Shown: positions 1-9,158 of the stretch, one piece after another
How the letters are laid out: every line of letters begins with the position of its first letter
Numbering within the stretch: the first letter of the stretch is position 1
NCBI GenBank assembly: GCA_000166095.1
Contig: CP002278.1
Location: 330,001 to 362,000, forward strand
Length of the DNA stretch: 32,000 bases
Reading direction: 5' to 3'
DNA from: Methanothermus fervidus DSM 2088
Lineage (GTDB): Archaea; Methanobacteriota; Methanobacteria; DSM-2088; Methanothermaceae
Translations under genes and position numbers: made by a program
Notes under the pieces: generated by a model
Told to the model about the DNA's origin: nothing
What the model saw: only the letters and a program-made list of their open reading frames with translations
The model's database searches: none

Positions 1-7
1 GGTAGAA

Positions 8-1093
8 ATGAAATGCAAAATTTGTGGTGAAAGCCGTCCTTATATCTCAAAAGTTTTTGGTATATGTAAGGAATGTATTTTAGAAGGTGGAGAAGCTATT
101 AAACATGTAAGAAAAATACATGGGGAAATAAGAAAAAAATTTAATTTACCTCCTGAGCCTCCTAAAGATGGAAATGTAAAATGTAATATATGTTCAAATA
201 AATGTCGTATGAAGGAAAATGAAGTAGGATATTGTGGATTGAGGATGAATATTAGGGGAAAATTAAGATCTTTAGTTTCTGATGAAGAAGCTTTACTTTA
301 CACATATTTAGATCCAATACCAACCAACTGTTGTGCAGCCTGGTTCTGTCCAGGTTGTACGGGACGTGGATACCCAAAGTATGCCTATAAAAATGGACCA
401 GAATATGGATTTTATAATTTAGCTTCTTTCTTTTATGGCTGTAATTTTGATTGTGTATATTGCCAAAATATTTCACATAAAAATTTATGGAAAGCTCCAA
501 AAATGACAATAGAAAAATTTGTTAATGAAGTTAAAAATGAAAAAATAACATGTATATGTTATTTTGGAGGATCTCCCGAACCCCAATTACCATTTGCAAT
601 AAAAGCATCAAAAGAAGCCTTAAAACTTGGAAAGAAAATATTAAGAATTTGTTGGGAATGGAATGGATGTGGTAACGAAAAATTAGTCAAAAGAGCTGCA
701 AAAATAGCAGGGGAAAGTGGTGGAATAATAAAATTTGACTTAAAATGCTTTGATGAAAATTTAAGCATAGCTTTAAGTGGAGTATCAAATAAGCAAGCAT
801 ACAAAAATTTTAAAATGATAGGAGAAAAATTCTTTGATAGATATGATATTCCTGTTTTAACAGCGACAACGCTTCTTGTACCAGGATATGTAGATAAAGA
901 TGAAGTTAGGAAAATTTCTAAATTTATAGCTGAAATAAATGATGAGATACCTTATCAATTATTAGTTTTTCATCCAGATTATATGATGATGGATCTTCCT
1001 ATAACTCCAAGGAAACAAGTGTATGAATGCTTTAACGAGGCTAAAAAATATTTAAAAAATGTGGACATTGGTAACATCCACCTTATAACTTAG
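8..1093 (+). CDS. Radical SAM protein (PflA/AmmeMemoRadiSam-like) with N-terminal Cys-rich zinc-binding-like region
   Basis: Full ORF; N-terminal CxxC..CxxC cysteine pairs (CKICGES..GICKEC; CNICSNKC) and radical SAM motif CNFDCVYC (CX3CX2C). Confidence 0.85.
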   Translation: MKCKICGESRPYISKVFGICKECILEGGEAIKHVRKIHGEIRKKFNLPPEPPKDGNVKCNICSNKCRMKENEVGYCGLRMNIRGKLRSLVSDEEALLYTYLDPIPTNCCAAWFCPGCTGRGYPKYAYKNGPEYGFYNLASFFYGCNFDCVYCQNISHKNLWKAPKMTIEKFVNEVKNEKITCICYFGGSPEPQLPFAIKASKEALKLGKKILRICWEWNGCGNEKLVKRAAKIAGESGGIIKFDLKCFDENLSIALSGVSNKQAYKNFKMIGEKFFDRYDIPVLTATTLLVPGYVDKDEVRKISKFIAEINDEIPYQLLVFHPDYMMMDLPITPRKQVYECFNEAKKYLKNVDIGNIHLIT

Positions 1094-1101
1094 GAGGAGT
1101 A

Positions 1102-2688
1102 ATGTTGAAGAAGAAAAAAATTATAGCTTTAGCAGAAAAAGATTTTGAGAAAGCATGGAAATTAAGCAAAAAAACCTTAAAAGAACCACACCATGACTTA
1201 CAATATCCAAGATTATATTATAGATATGGGAAGTCTCACCCATTATATGATACAATATTTAAGCTTAGAGAAGCTTATTTAAAATTAGGGTTTGACGAAG
1301 TTGTAAACCCTGTTTTTATAAATGAGGATGAAGTTTATAAACAATTTGGGCCAGAAGCTCCTGCTATTTTAGATCGTTGTTTTTATTTAGCGGGGCTACC
1401 TAGGCCTGATATAGGAATTGAAAAAGATAAAATTAAAAAAATTAAAAATTTAAAAAGTGATGCTGATATCGGTAAATTAAAAGAAGTATTTAGAGAATAT
1501 AAGTTAGGAAATATTGCTGGTGACGACTTAGTATATGAAATTTCAAATGCTTTAGATGTTGATGACGAAACAGCATTGCGTATTTTGGAAATTTTTCCAG
1601 AAATTAAAAAATTGAAACCACAAGTAAGTGACGTAACATTACGTTCTCATATGACAGCTAGTTGGTTTGTAACACTTTCGAAAATTCATGATAAATATAG
1701 ATTACCAATAAAATTGTTTTCAATAGATAGATGTTTTAGACGAGAACAGAGGGAAGATGAAAGTCACCTTATGACATACTTTTCTGCATCCTGTGTTTTT
1801 GTCGATGAAGAAGTATCAATTGATGTTGGTAAAGCAGTAGCTGAGGGAATATTGAGATATTTTGGCTTTTCCAATTTTAAATTTATTCCAGATGAAAAAA
1901 GGTCCAAATATTATATACCTGATACACAGACAGAAGTTTATGCCTATCATCCAAAAATAAAGAAGTGGATAGAAGTAGCTACCTTTGGATTATATTCACC
2001 AATCGCACTGGCAAAATATAATATAGATAAAGAAGTCATGAATTTAGGTATTGGGGTTGAAAGACTTGCAATGGTATTGGAAAATGAAAAAGATGTTAGA
2101 AAATTAGTTTACCCACAATTTTATGGAGAATGGAAGATATCTGATAGAGAATTAGCATCAATGCTTAAAATAGATTTGTATCCAGTAACTGAAGAAGGAA
2201 GAAAACTTATGAAAAAAATTATTGAGGGTTGGAAAAGGTATAAGGATGAACCTTCTCCTTGTGAATTTAAAATATTTTCTGGAAAATTCCTTAATAAAAA
2301 AATAGTTGTTAAGGCTATAGAGCCTGAAAAAAATACTAAACTATTGGGACCTGCTATTGAAAACCAAGTATATGTATATGATGGCAATATAGTTGGAGTT
2401 CCAAAGAAAGGTGTGAAAAGTCCTTTAGCAGAGAAAGCAAAGAAAAATGGAATAAATACAAATATAAGTTATATGGATTCACTAGCTGCTAAGGTATCAT
2501 ATAAAATAGAGGAATTGGTTGTTAGTGGTGGGGATTATTTAAAATTAAGAACTGCAATTGCACGTTCGCTTTCAGATGTAAATCTCAAATTAGACAAAGT
2601 TGCAATGAAATATATTACAAAGAAAAATAAAGAAATTGATGTGAGGGGTCCAATTTTTGCTACTATTGAGTGCAAGGTGAAAGAATGA
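1102..2688 (+). CDS. sepS: O-phosphoserine--tRNA(Cys) ligase (SepRS)
   Basis: 528 aa ORF with SepRS-like segments (VYKQFGPEAPAILDRCFYLAGLPRPDIG, class II aaRS core, LGIGVERLAMV); SD ggaggag just upstream of ATG 1102. Confidence 0.95.
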   Translation: MLKKKKIIALAEKDFEKAWKLSKKTLKEPHHDLQYPRLYYRYGKSHPLYDTIFKLREAYLKLGFDEVVNPVFINEDEVYKQFGPEAPAILDRCFYLAGLPRPDIGIEKDKIKKIKNLKSDADIGKLKEVFREYKLGNIAGDDLVYEISNALDVDDETALRILEIFPEIKKLKPQVSDVTLRSHMTASWFVTLSKIHDKYRLPIKLFSIDRCFRREQREDESHLMTYFSASCVFVDEEVSIDVGKAVAEGILRYFGFSNFKFIPDEKRSKYYIPDTQTEVYAYHPKIKKWIEVATFGLYSPIALAKYNIDKEVMNLGIGVERLAMVLENEKDVRKLVYPQFYGEWKISDRELASMLKIDLYPVTEEGRKLMKKIIEGWKRYKDEPSPCEFKIFSGKFLNKKIVVKAIEPEKNTKLLGPAIENQVYVYDGNIVGVPKKGVKSPLAEKAKKNGINTNISYMDSLAAKVSYKIEELVVSGGDYLKLRTAIARSLSDVNLKLDKVAMKYITKKNKEIDVRGPIFATIECKVKE

Positions 2689-3050
2689 AAATAAAAGGTA
2701 AAGTGGTTTCAGGTTGTGGCGAAGGTTCGTATTATATGTCACAAAAAATATATTTATCACAATTTAAGAAAAAATTAGGTTTTACACCATTCAAAGGAAC
2801 TTTGAACATTAAGGTAGACAATTCTGTGGCTGTAGAGGATATTAAAAAGAAATGTAAAAAAATAAAGGGTGAAGGAAAATTTGGCGATGTTTTATATATT
2901 GAAGCAAAATTAAATGATATAGATGGTGCAATAATTTTCCCTCTAAAAACAAAACATGATAATAGTATTATTGAGTATATAGCACCAGTTAAAGTTAGAG
3001 AAAAACTTGGGTTAAAAGATGGAGACAAAGTATGCATAAAGGTATTGTGA
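2685..3050 (+). CDS. ribK: CTP-dependent riboflavin kinase (archaeal, DUF120)
   Basis: MKIKGKVVSGCGEGSYYMS...FKGTLNIKV...IIEYIAPVKVREKLGLKDGD is typical of archaeal RibK; ATG at 2685 overlaps sepS stop (ATGA), better than the upstream start at 2670. Confidence 0.9.
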   Translation: MKIKGKVVSGCGEGSYYMSQKIYLSQFKKKLGFTPFKGTLNIKVDNSVAVEDIKKKCKKIKGEGKFGDVLYIEAKLNDIDGAIIFPLKTKHDNSIIEYIAPVKVREKLGLKDGDKVCIKVL

Positions 3051-3054
3051 TAAA

Positions 3055-3747
3055 ATGATAAAAGAAGCATTAAGAGCTTTAAGAAAAGGCGAAATGGTAT
3101 TGGTTTTTGATAGTGAAGATAGAGAAGGCGAAACAGACATGATAAAAGCTGCCGAATTCGTGACTCATGAGGACATTGCTATTTTAAGAAATGATGCAGG
3201 TGGCTTAATTTGTGCACCAATATCAGCGAAAAATGCTGAGAAATTAGGAATTCCTTATATGACATCTATATTAGAGACTGCAAGTAACAAATATCCAGTT
3301 CTTTCAGAATTATCACCACATGACATCCCATATGATGAGAAATCAGCATTTTCAATAACTATAAATCATAGAAATACATTTACAGGTATAACAGATAGAG
3401 ACAGAGCCAAAACAATAAGAGAACTCGCATTATTATGTAAAAACAAAGAATATGATAAATTTGGAAAATTTTTTAGATCTCCTGGACATGTAACTTTACT
3501 CATAGCTTCCAAAAATAATTTATTAGAGAGGACAGGGCACACTGAAATGAGTATAGCATTAATGGAAATGGCTGGATTAACTGAAGTTGCAGTATGTTGT
3601 GAGATGATGGATGACGAGACTGGAAGAGCATTAAGTATGCAAGATGCAAAAAGATATGCTGAAAGAAATGATTTAGTGTTTCTAAAAGGTGAAGAATTAA
3701 TAAATGCTTATTATGAATATCTTGGAGTTCCAGTTCCTAACAGATAA
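3055..3747 (+). CDS. ribB: 3,4-dihydroxy-2-butanone 4-phosphate synthase
   Basis: Motifs DSEDREGETDMIKAAEF, SPGHVTLL, RTGHTEMSIALMEMAG; directly follows ribK. Confidence 0.95.
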   Translation: MIKEALRALRKGEMVLVFDSEDREGETDMIKAAEFVTHEDIAILRNDAGGLICAPISAKNAEKLGIPYMTSILETASNKYPVLSELSPHDIPYDEKSAFSITINHRNTFTGITDRDRAKTIRELALLCKNKEYDKFGKFFRSPGHVTLLIASKNNLLERTGHTEMSIALMEMAGLTEVAVCCEMMDDETGRALSMQDAKRYAERNDLVFLKGEELINAYYEYLGVPVPNR

Positions 3748-5234
3748 TCATCAATAAATTCTCTTACTCTTTCCACTAAATTTTCCAAAGGTACATAACC
3801 TTCAAATTTAACATTTTCAGCGGCTTTTATAATTTTATTTATATCAATATTCTTTTCTACAACTTCTAAAGCTTTTAAAGAAAAATTTTCTAGGCTTATT
3901 TCAACTTCAGGAGTACTCTTCCTTTCCCTTAAAATTACTTTAGGCATTGTAAACACATATCCATTGAAATTACTTAAATTAATTCTTTTAACTATGTTTT
4001 CATCATAAACCTTATTGAGAATTATGCCTTTCACTTTAATTCCTAATTTTTCTAGTAATTTTGCATGTGAAATTAAATTTAAAGTTGCAGTTTCAATACC
4101 TGCCTTGTTACAAGCTTCTACTAATATAACAGGTATATTAGCAGCCATTGCAATCTCTACAGCCGAATATGGTACTTTTTCGTTTAACATTCCTGTCAAT
4201 ATACTCATAACGCCCTCTATAAGTACTATATCAAATTTTCTTTTCATATGATTGATAACATCCTTTAATTCCATCCATCCAAGATGTCCTATTTTGATAG
4301 ATGAATATTTACCCATTTTTTCTTTTGTTAGATATAATGCAGGTGTAATGTCCCTAACGTCTGGACCTACTTTTGCAATACCTACATCAAATCCTTTTTT
4401 ACGTAAAACTCCCGCAAGCCCTGTTGTTATAAAAGTTTTTCCAGCTCCAGAACTAATACCTGCAATCATTAAAAAACGGGTATTTTTAGAGTTTTTTTCT
4501 TTTTTCTTAGCAAATATATTAGTGTCCACACCAATTTCTCTTTTTATTTTATTTTTTAGCTTTTTATTTTCTTCCTTAATTTTTATAATTTCTTTTTCAT
4601 TAAGATCAAGAAATGAAAATATATTATCAACCAACTCCGGATTATAATCAAGGCAACCGTGTATTAAAGTTCCAACAACATTTCCATCATCATTGCTAAC
4701 ACCAGAAATTACCTCTCTTCTTTTGTCCTTATAATTAGTCCTTTTTAAAATAGAACAAAATATTGGTTTTTCTGTTGTTGTTATTTTTCCATATGTATGG
4801 CAATGGAATCCTTCTATTGTTTTATTAATTAAACCTTTTGTCAAAAAACAATCGCCTACAATTTTTGCTTTGACACGGTCATTGTTTATTAAAGGCTCAA
4901 ACTTTACATCCAGGAGTCCTATACCTTTCTTCCAAATTGGTATTGGAGACCTACGACCTACATCAGTTTTTTTACCTAAAACTTGGAATCCTGAACATAT
5001 TCCTAAAACAAATCCGCCTTCCTCTGCTATTTTTTTTATTTCTTTTTCTATTTCCGGAGTTATAGTACCTGATTCTATAATACTTCCACCAGGTATGATA
5101 ACACCATCAAGTACTTTATGGGCTGGTATACCTCTTACCATCCCATTTTTTTTGATTATGTCGGTTGGAAGATTCCCAAAATCTTCAAATGCTGGTAGGG
5201 ATCCTTTTATATATAATAGACCGATTCTTTTCAT
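3711..5234 (-). CDS. Fusion: N-terminal class I glutamine amidotransferase-like (CobQ/CobB-type) domain plus C-terminal P-loop CobQ/BioD-like ATPase domain
   Basis: N-term GFVLGICSGFQVLG (nucleophile Cys) and GTLIHGCLD (His); C-term MIAGISSGAGKTFITTGLAGVLRKKGFDVGIAKVGPD P-loop; reversed domain order relative to CbiA/CbiP. Confidence 0.8.
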   Translation of the reverse strand: MKRIGLLYIKGSLPAFEDFGNLPTDIIKKNGMVRGIPAHKVLDGVIIPGGSIIESGTITPEIEKEIKKIAEEGGFVLGICSGFQVLGKKTDVGRRSPIPIWKKGIGLLDVKFEPLINNDRVKAKIVGDCFLTKGLINKTIEGFHCHTYGKITTTEKPIFCSILKRTNYKDKRREVISGVSNDDGNVVGTLIHGCLDYNPELVDNIFSFLDLNEKEIIKIKEENKKLKNKIKREIGVDTNIFAKKKEKNSKNTRFLMIAGISSGAGKTFITTGLAGVLRKKGFDVGIAKVGPDVRDITPALYLTKEKMGKYSSIKIGHLGWMELKDVINHMKRKFDIVLIEGVMSILTGMLNEKVPYSAVEIAMAANIPVILVEACNKAGIETATLNLISHAKLLEKLGIKVKGIILNKVYDENIVKRINLSNFNGYVFTMPKVILRERKSTPEVEISLENFSLKALEVVEKNIDINKIIKAAENVKFEGYVPLENLVERVREFIDDYLLGTGTPRYS

Positions 5235-5250
5235 TGAAACACCATTTCTG

Positions 5251-6261
5251 TCACCAAAAATTTTTAAATGAATATTTCATTAAACTTAAAGTTGCATCTT
5301 TACCAATAAGTTTTTTGACATCTCTAATAAATTCTTGGAACATCAAAATATATGGAACTTCTTCCTGATTATTATTTTCAATTTTAATATTTTCACATTT
5401 TTGTAAAATTTTGAAAGCTTGGGGTAGAAGCGTGTTCCCCGGATAATTCATAGATTTGGCACAATTAATAATTATGTTTGGCTTTAATAATTTTAATGTG
5501 CCATCGATACCTTTTGTTGACACAAGCGCTGCAATAGTCTCTAAAGTTAAAACGATTTGATTTTCAACCATTTTTTGAGGAGACGAAGTAATTTTTGCAG
5601 CCGCATGATAAAATTCAAGTATCCCAGCCAATGTAACAGCAGTTACAAGAACACCCATATCTCCAACAGCAGAAGACACATCTGCAGGAACTAGGAAAAC
5701 TTCTTTACCACAACTCTTAGCAAGCTCAACACATTTCCCAACCTGATCTTCAGAAGCTATTTCAAGCCCAAATGTAGTTTTCCCAGATATAACATAATGT
5801 CCATGCTGAGGTGTCCCTGGAACTGCTGCAGGATGTAAAGATGAAATTCCTAGATCTTTCCTCTCCCTAAATTCCCTCTCAAATGTATAATAGATAACTA
5901 ATGGCGAAGCTGTGCAAGTATTTGCAATAACAGACCCTTCTGGCAAATGTTTTATTATTTTTTTAACTATCTCATAAGTTCTTTTCCCAAATGGTGTGAA
6001 AAGTATTGCTACTTCAGCATCTTTCGCTGCTTCTTCATCTTTATCAGTTATTTCAACTCCAGCATCCTCAACTTTCTTCCAATGTTCCTCTTCCATCACC
6101 TCTCTATTCTTCTCAGCTAGAACTACATCATGTCCAGCTTCTGAAAATTCTATTGCCATTCTACTTCCGCCAAATGGTGGTTCTCCACCAAATCTCTCCT
6201 GCAGCTTTAATATCTTTGTATAGAGATTTTGATTTCCAGCTCCATAAATTGCTATTTTCAT
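5251..6261 (-). CDS. H2-forming methylene-H4MPT dehydrogenase (Hmd)-related protein (MJ1338-like family)
   Basis: MKIAIYGAGNQNLY...FGGEPPFGGSRMAIEF Rossmann N-term; NTCTASP, SSLHPAAVPGTPQHGHYVI, VPADVSSAVGDMG segments as in Hmd-related proteins. Confidence 0.88.
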   Translation of the reverse strand: MKIAIYGAGNQNLYTKILKLQERFGGEPPFGGSRMAIEFSEAGHDVVLAEKNREVMEEEHWKKVEDAGVEITDKDEEAAKDAEVAILFTPFGKRTYEIVKKIIKHLPEGSVIANTCTASPLVIYYTFEREFRERKDLGISSLHPAAVPGTPQHGHYVISGKTTFGLEIASEDQVGKCVELAKSCGKEVFLVPADVSSAVGDMGVLVTAVTLAGILEFYHAAAKITSSPQKMVENQIVLTLETIAALVSTKGIDGTLKLLKPNIIINCAKSMNYPGNTLLPQAFKILQKCENIKIENNNQEEVPYILMFQEFIRDVKKLIGKDATLSLMKYSFKNFW

Positions 6262-6274
6262 TTTTTACACCCTC

Positions 6275-6652
6275 TTAAATTTTGGTAAATGGTTGAAATG
6301 CCAACATTACATTACGAAGCATTTTTGCAAAACTATTTATCTTTCTCAAGCCTGCCTCCTTTGAATATTTTATACATTTATCCAAAGATTTTTCTGCATG
6401 CTTATACCAACCTCTTCTCAAATTTCTAATTGAAAGTAAAAAATATAGGTAAGAGCATGCTTTCTCATCACCTATTGATTCAGCAATGTTGATAGCCTCT
6501 TCCAATGGTAAAATTGATGAATTCTTGTAAAGTTCTAAATATTCTTCTGGGATTTTGAGTTCTGCAATCAAGCAATCAATAATTTTGTTTATTTCCTTAA
6601 CTTTTTCCCATTCTCTTTCAAAATCTTGTTTTTGAATTTTTAAGATTAGCAT
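6275..6652 (-). CDS. Small all-helical, TPR-like protein of unknown function
   Basis: 125 aa ORF tightly upstream of the Hmd-related gene, same strand; helical repeats (EEAINIAESIGDEKACSYLYFLLSIRNLRRGWYKHAEKSLDKCIKYSKEAG). Confidence 0.65.
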   Translation of the reverse strand: MLILKIQKQDFEREWEKVKEINKIIDCLIAELKIPEEYLELYKNSSILPLEEAINIAESIGDEKACSYLYFLLSIRNLRRGWYKHAEKSLDKCIKYSKEAGLRKINSFAKMLRNVMLAFQPFTKI

Positions 6653-6676
6653 TTTAAGACCCTTTGTTTTTATTAT

Positions 6677-6799
6677 TTATATTGACTCTTCTAATTCAGC
6701 TAATCCTCCGTAAAACATTGCAATGCTTGGCAATGTTATTAAAAACGTCAATATTGTAGGCAATACAACGCAAACCACTTTTTCGTCTATTATGTTCAT
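6677..6799 (-). CDS. Short membrane protein, 40 aa (MNIIDEKVVCVVLPTILTFLITLPSIAMFYGGLAELEESI), absent from the ORF track
   Basis: Minus-strand ATG at 6799 with strong Shine-Dalgarno (ggaggtaaaaaagaATG), stop at 6677; one hydrophobic segment; same direction as flanking genes. Confidence 0.6.
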   Translation of the reverse strand: MNIIDEKVVCVVLPTILTFLITLPSIAMFYGGLAELEESI

Positions 6800-6909
6800 T
6801 CTTTTTTACCTCCCGGAAATATATAGGAAATCGGAAACCTACTTCCGACATTATCAACTAAGGAATTCATTATATATAAATGTTGCGATATTACTAATTT
6901 TGCTAAAAA

Positions 6910-7644
6910 TTAATACCTACCAAGAAAAACATTAAAAGTTTCTTTAGCTTCATTTGGAGATGCTACACCAATAGTAACAATGTCAACACATTTTTTAAGC
7001 TTTAAATAATTTAAAGCTTCTTTTGGTTCTAATTTACCTGCTGCAAGCACTTTTTTTGCAATTATTTTTTTATTTAATCTTTCAATTAAATTTTCTATCT
7101 CTTCTATAGACCTATCCATCAAATATCCAAGACTGTTAAATGGTAGCATGTATATGTCGAACATTTTTCTAATACTTGAGTTCAAAATTCTTTTAGTAGT
7201 TTTATAAGGAGCATGAGTGGCAAGTCCTGCTATTGCTCCCTTATCATTTATTTTCTTTAGTAACGTTTCAACGTAGTTAAAATTACCTCCATCAACTAAA
7301 CTAGCATGTAAAATCATGGATTCTGCTTCTAAGTCATCTAACAATTCTATATCTTCTAATTCTGTGTTTGGACGTATTGTTCCAACAATTTTCATTTCAC
7401 ATCCATCTTTTATAGCCATCTCAAGTGCTTTAATTATTGGTTTATATGGTAGAAGTTGTATGCCTTTAACACCAATTTCCCATGATTTTTTTATTATTTT
7501 GTACATGTTGTGAGGTTTTTTATATAAAGTAGAATAATAGTAGCTTGCTTTTGCTCCAAATTGCCCTGCTCCAATAAAAGGAGACGTCCCTAATAACAAT
7601 CTAGGTATTTTCCTGTTTTTAAGATTAATTTCTCCATTAAACAT
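6910..7644 (-). CDS. Putative TIM-barrel, aldo/keto reductase-like protein
   Basis: 244 aa ORF starting MFNGEINLKNRKIPRLLLGTSPFIGAG; barrel-like alternation, C-term VTIGVASPNEAKETF. Confidence 0.55.
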   Translation of the reverse strand: MFNGEINLKNRKIPRLLLGTSPFIGAGQFGAKASYYYSTLYKKPHNMYKIIKKSWEIGVKGIQLLPYKPIIKALEMAIKDGCEMKIVGTIRPNTELEDIELLDDLEAESMILHASLVDGGNFNYVETLLKKINDKGAIAGLATHAPYKTTKRILNSSIRKMFDIYMLPFNSLGYLMDRSIEEIENLIERLNKKIIAKKVLAAGKLEPKEALNYLKLKKCVDIVTIGVASPNEAKETFNVFLGRY

Positions 7645-7732
7645 TTGATACTCCCACGCTTTGAAGTTACCTTAAATACTATTTTTTAATTTAAACAAAA
7701 ATTAATTTTCAAAATATTAAGGAGGAAATTTC

Positions 7733-8731
7733 GTGGAAAAATTATTAACTAAAATGACAGAAGAAAACATTCATGCAGGAATAATAACAAAAAAAGAGAA
7801 TATATATTATGTTACAGGTTTTGAACCTTCTAGTTTTTCAATTTTAATTATAAAAGAAGAACCTTTACTTTTAGTTAGTAAAATGGATATAACTGCAGCT
7901 GAAAAATATTCAAATGTTCAGGTAGATGAATTCAAATCTCTTAAGGAAATTAAAAAAAGATTTGAAAAAAATGGGTTTGATAAGGTATTTATAGAACCTT
8001 CAACGCCATTTGAAATTGTTAAAAAATTGGAAGGTAATTGGGATTTTGTTATAAAAGATTTTATTTCTTACTTAAGAATGATAAAAACCAAACATGAAAT
8101 AAAACAAATAAAAAAAGCTATTTCTATATCTAAAAAAATTATAAAAGAAATAGCATTTGATGGAAGTGAAAATGAAGTAGCAGCATCCATTGATTATAAT
8201 ATGCGTATAAATGGAGCTGAAAAACCAGCATTTGAAACAATAGTTACATCAGGAAAAAGATCAAGTTATCCTCACGTGTCACCATCAAACAAAAAGTTAG
8301 AAAATCCTATTTTAATTGACTGGGGGGCCAGATACAACCATTATTGTTCAGATATGACAAGAACAATTGTAAAAACCGAAAAAGAAGAAGAAATGTTTGA
8401 AATTGTGCTTGAAGCCCAAAAAAAAGGTATAGATGCTATTCGTTCTGGTATAACTGCATCTAAAATAGATAGAATTGTTAGAGATGTAATTAAGGAATAT
8501 GGTTACGGTAAATACTTTATACATTCTACTGGTCATGGCGTTGGATTGGAAGTTCATGAAAGACCTTCTTTATCAAAAAAAGATGATACAAAACTTAAAA
8601 CAAACATGGTTATTACAGTAGAACCAGGTATTTATATTCCTGAAAAATTTGGTGTAAGAGTTGAAGACATGGTTCTTGTAAAGAAAAAAAGAGCAAAGGT
8701 ATTAACAAAAAAATTACCTCTATATTTTTAA
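7733..8731 (+). CDS. Xaa-Pro peptidase, M24 family
   Basis: Creatinase-like N-domain; M24 metal ligands in DWGARYNHYCSDMTRT, HSTGHGVGLEVHERP, TVEPGIYIP. Confidence 0.9.
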   Translation: MEKLLTKMTEENIHAGIITKKENIYYVTGFEPSSFSILIIKEEPLLLVSKMDITAAEKYSNVQVDEFKSLKEIKKRFEKNGFDKVFIEPSTPFEIVKKLEGNWDFVIKDFISYLRMIKTKHEIKQIKKAISISKKIIKEIAFDGSENEVAASIDYNMRINGAEKPAFETIVTSGKRSSYPHVSPSNKKLENPILIDWGARYNHYCSDMTRTIVKTEKEEEMFEIVLEAQKKGIDAIRSGITASKIDRIVRDVIKEYGYGKYFIHSTGHGVGLEVHERPSLSKKDDTKLKTNMVITVEPGIYIPEKFGVRVEDMVLVKKKRAKVLTKKLPLYF

Positions 8732-8735
8732 ATTT

Positions 8736-9122
8736 TTATGGATAAATAACAATTCTATAATATACATTGCCAACTTTCACAGTGTCATCACTAATTTGCT
8801 CAGCTCCTAAACCAACTAATGATTTTATTGTTTCATTGACAACTATTGACTTTTGATCGTTGCTTAAAGCATTGTTAAGGAAAATACTAACATTTTTATT
8901 TGTTTCATTCCCATTGACATAAATCTTTGTAATCTTAACAGGTTCTAATATAGTGCCATTGTATAGAAGTTCTGAGATAGATTTTGATGCTCCTCCTCTA
9001 ATAACTGAAATTACCTTATCTTCACGAAATTGGTTAGCTACATTGAAAGCAAAAATCAAAATTATTATGGCTATTATCCCTAATACAAGTATTAGTTCTG
9101 CAGATGCTTGTCCTCTTTCCAT
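8736..9122 (-). CDS. Class III signal peptide (type IV pilin-like) protein
   Basis: MERGQASAELILVLGIIAIIILIFAF: QASAE processing motif followed by hydrophobic helix. Confidence 0.75.
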   Translation of the reverse strand: MERGQASAELILVLGIIAIIILIFAFNVANQFREDKVISVIRGGASKSISELLYNGTILEPVKITKIYVNGNETNKNVSIFLNNALSNDQKSIVVNETIKSLVGLGAEQISDDTVKVGNVYYRIVIYP

Positions 9123-9158
9123 ATTATTTTATTGGTTTTCTAATAAAAAATAATTTTT

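Noticed and set aside
252-804. Minus-strand ORFs 252..509 and 559..804
   Set aside because: Antisense shadows of the strongly supported radical SAM gene, with no family motifs.
2121-3070. Minus-strand ORFs 2121..2387 and 2732..3070
   Set aside because: Antisense to sepS and ribK; low-complexity shadow sequence.
4015-5368. Plus-strand ORFs 4015..4251, 4252..4647, 4870..5271, 5165..5368
   Set aside because: Opposite to the GATase/P-loop gene and the Hmd-related C-terminus; no RBS or motifs.
6723-6935. Plus-strand 70-aa ORF
   Set aside because: Opposite the better-supported 40-aa minus ORF; no clear Shine-Dalgarno and composition like a shadow.
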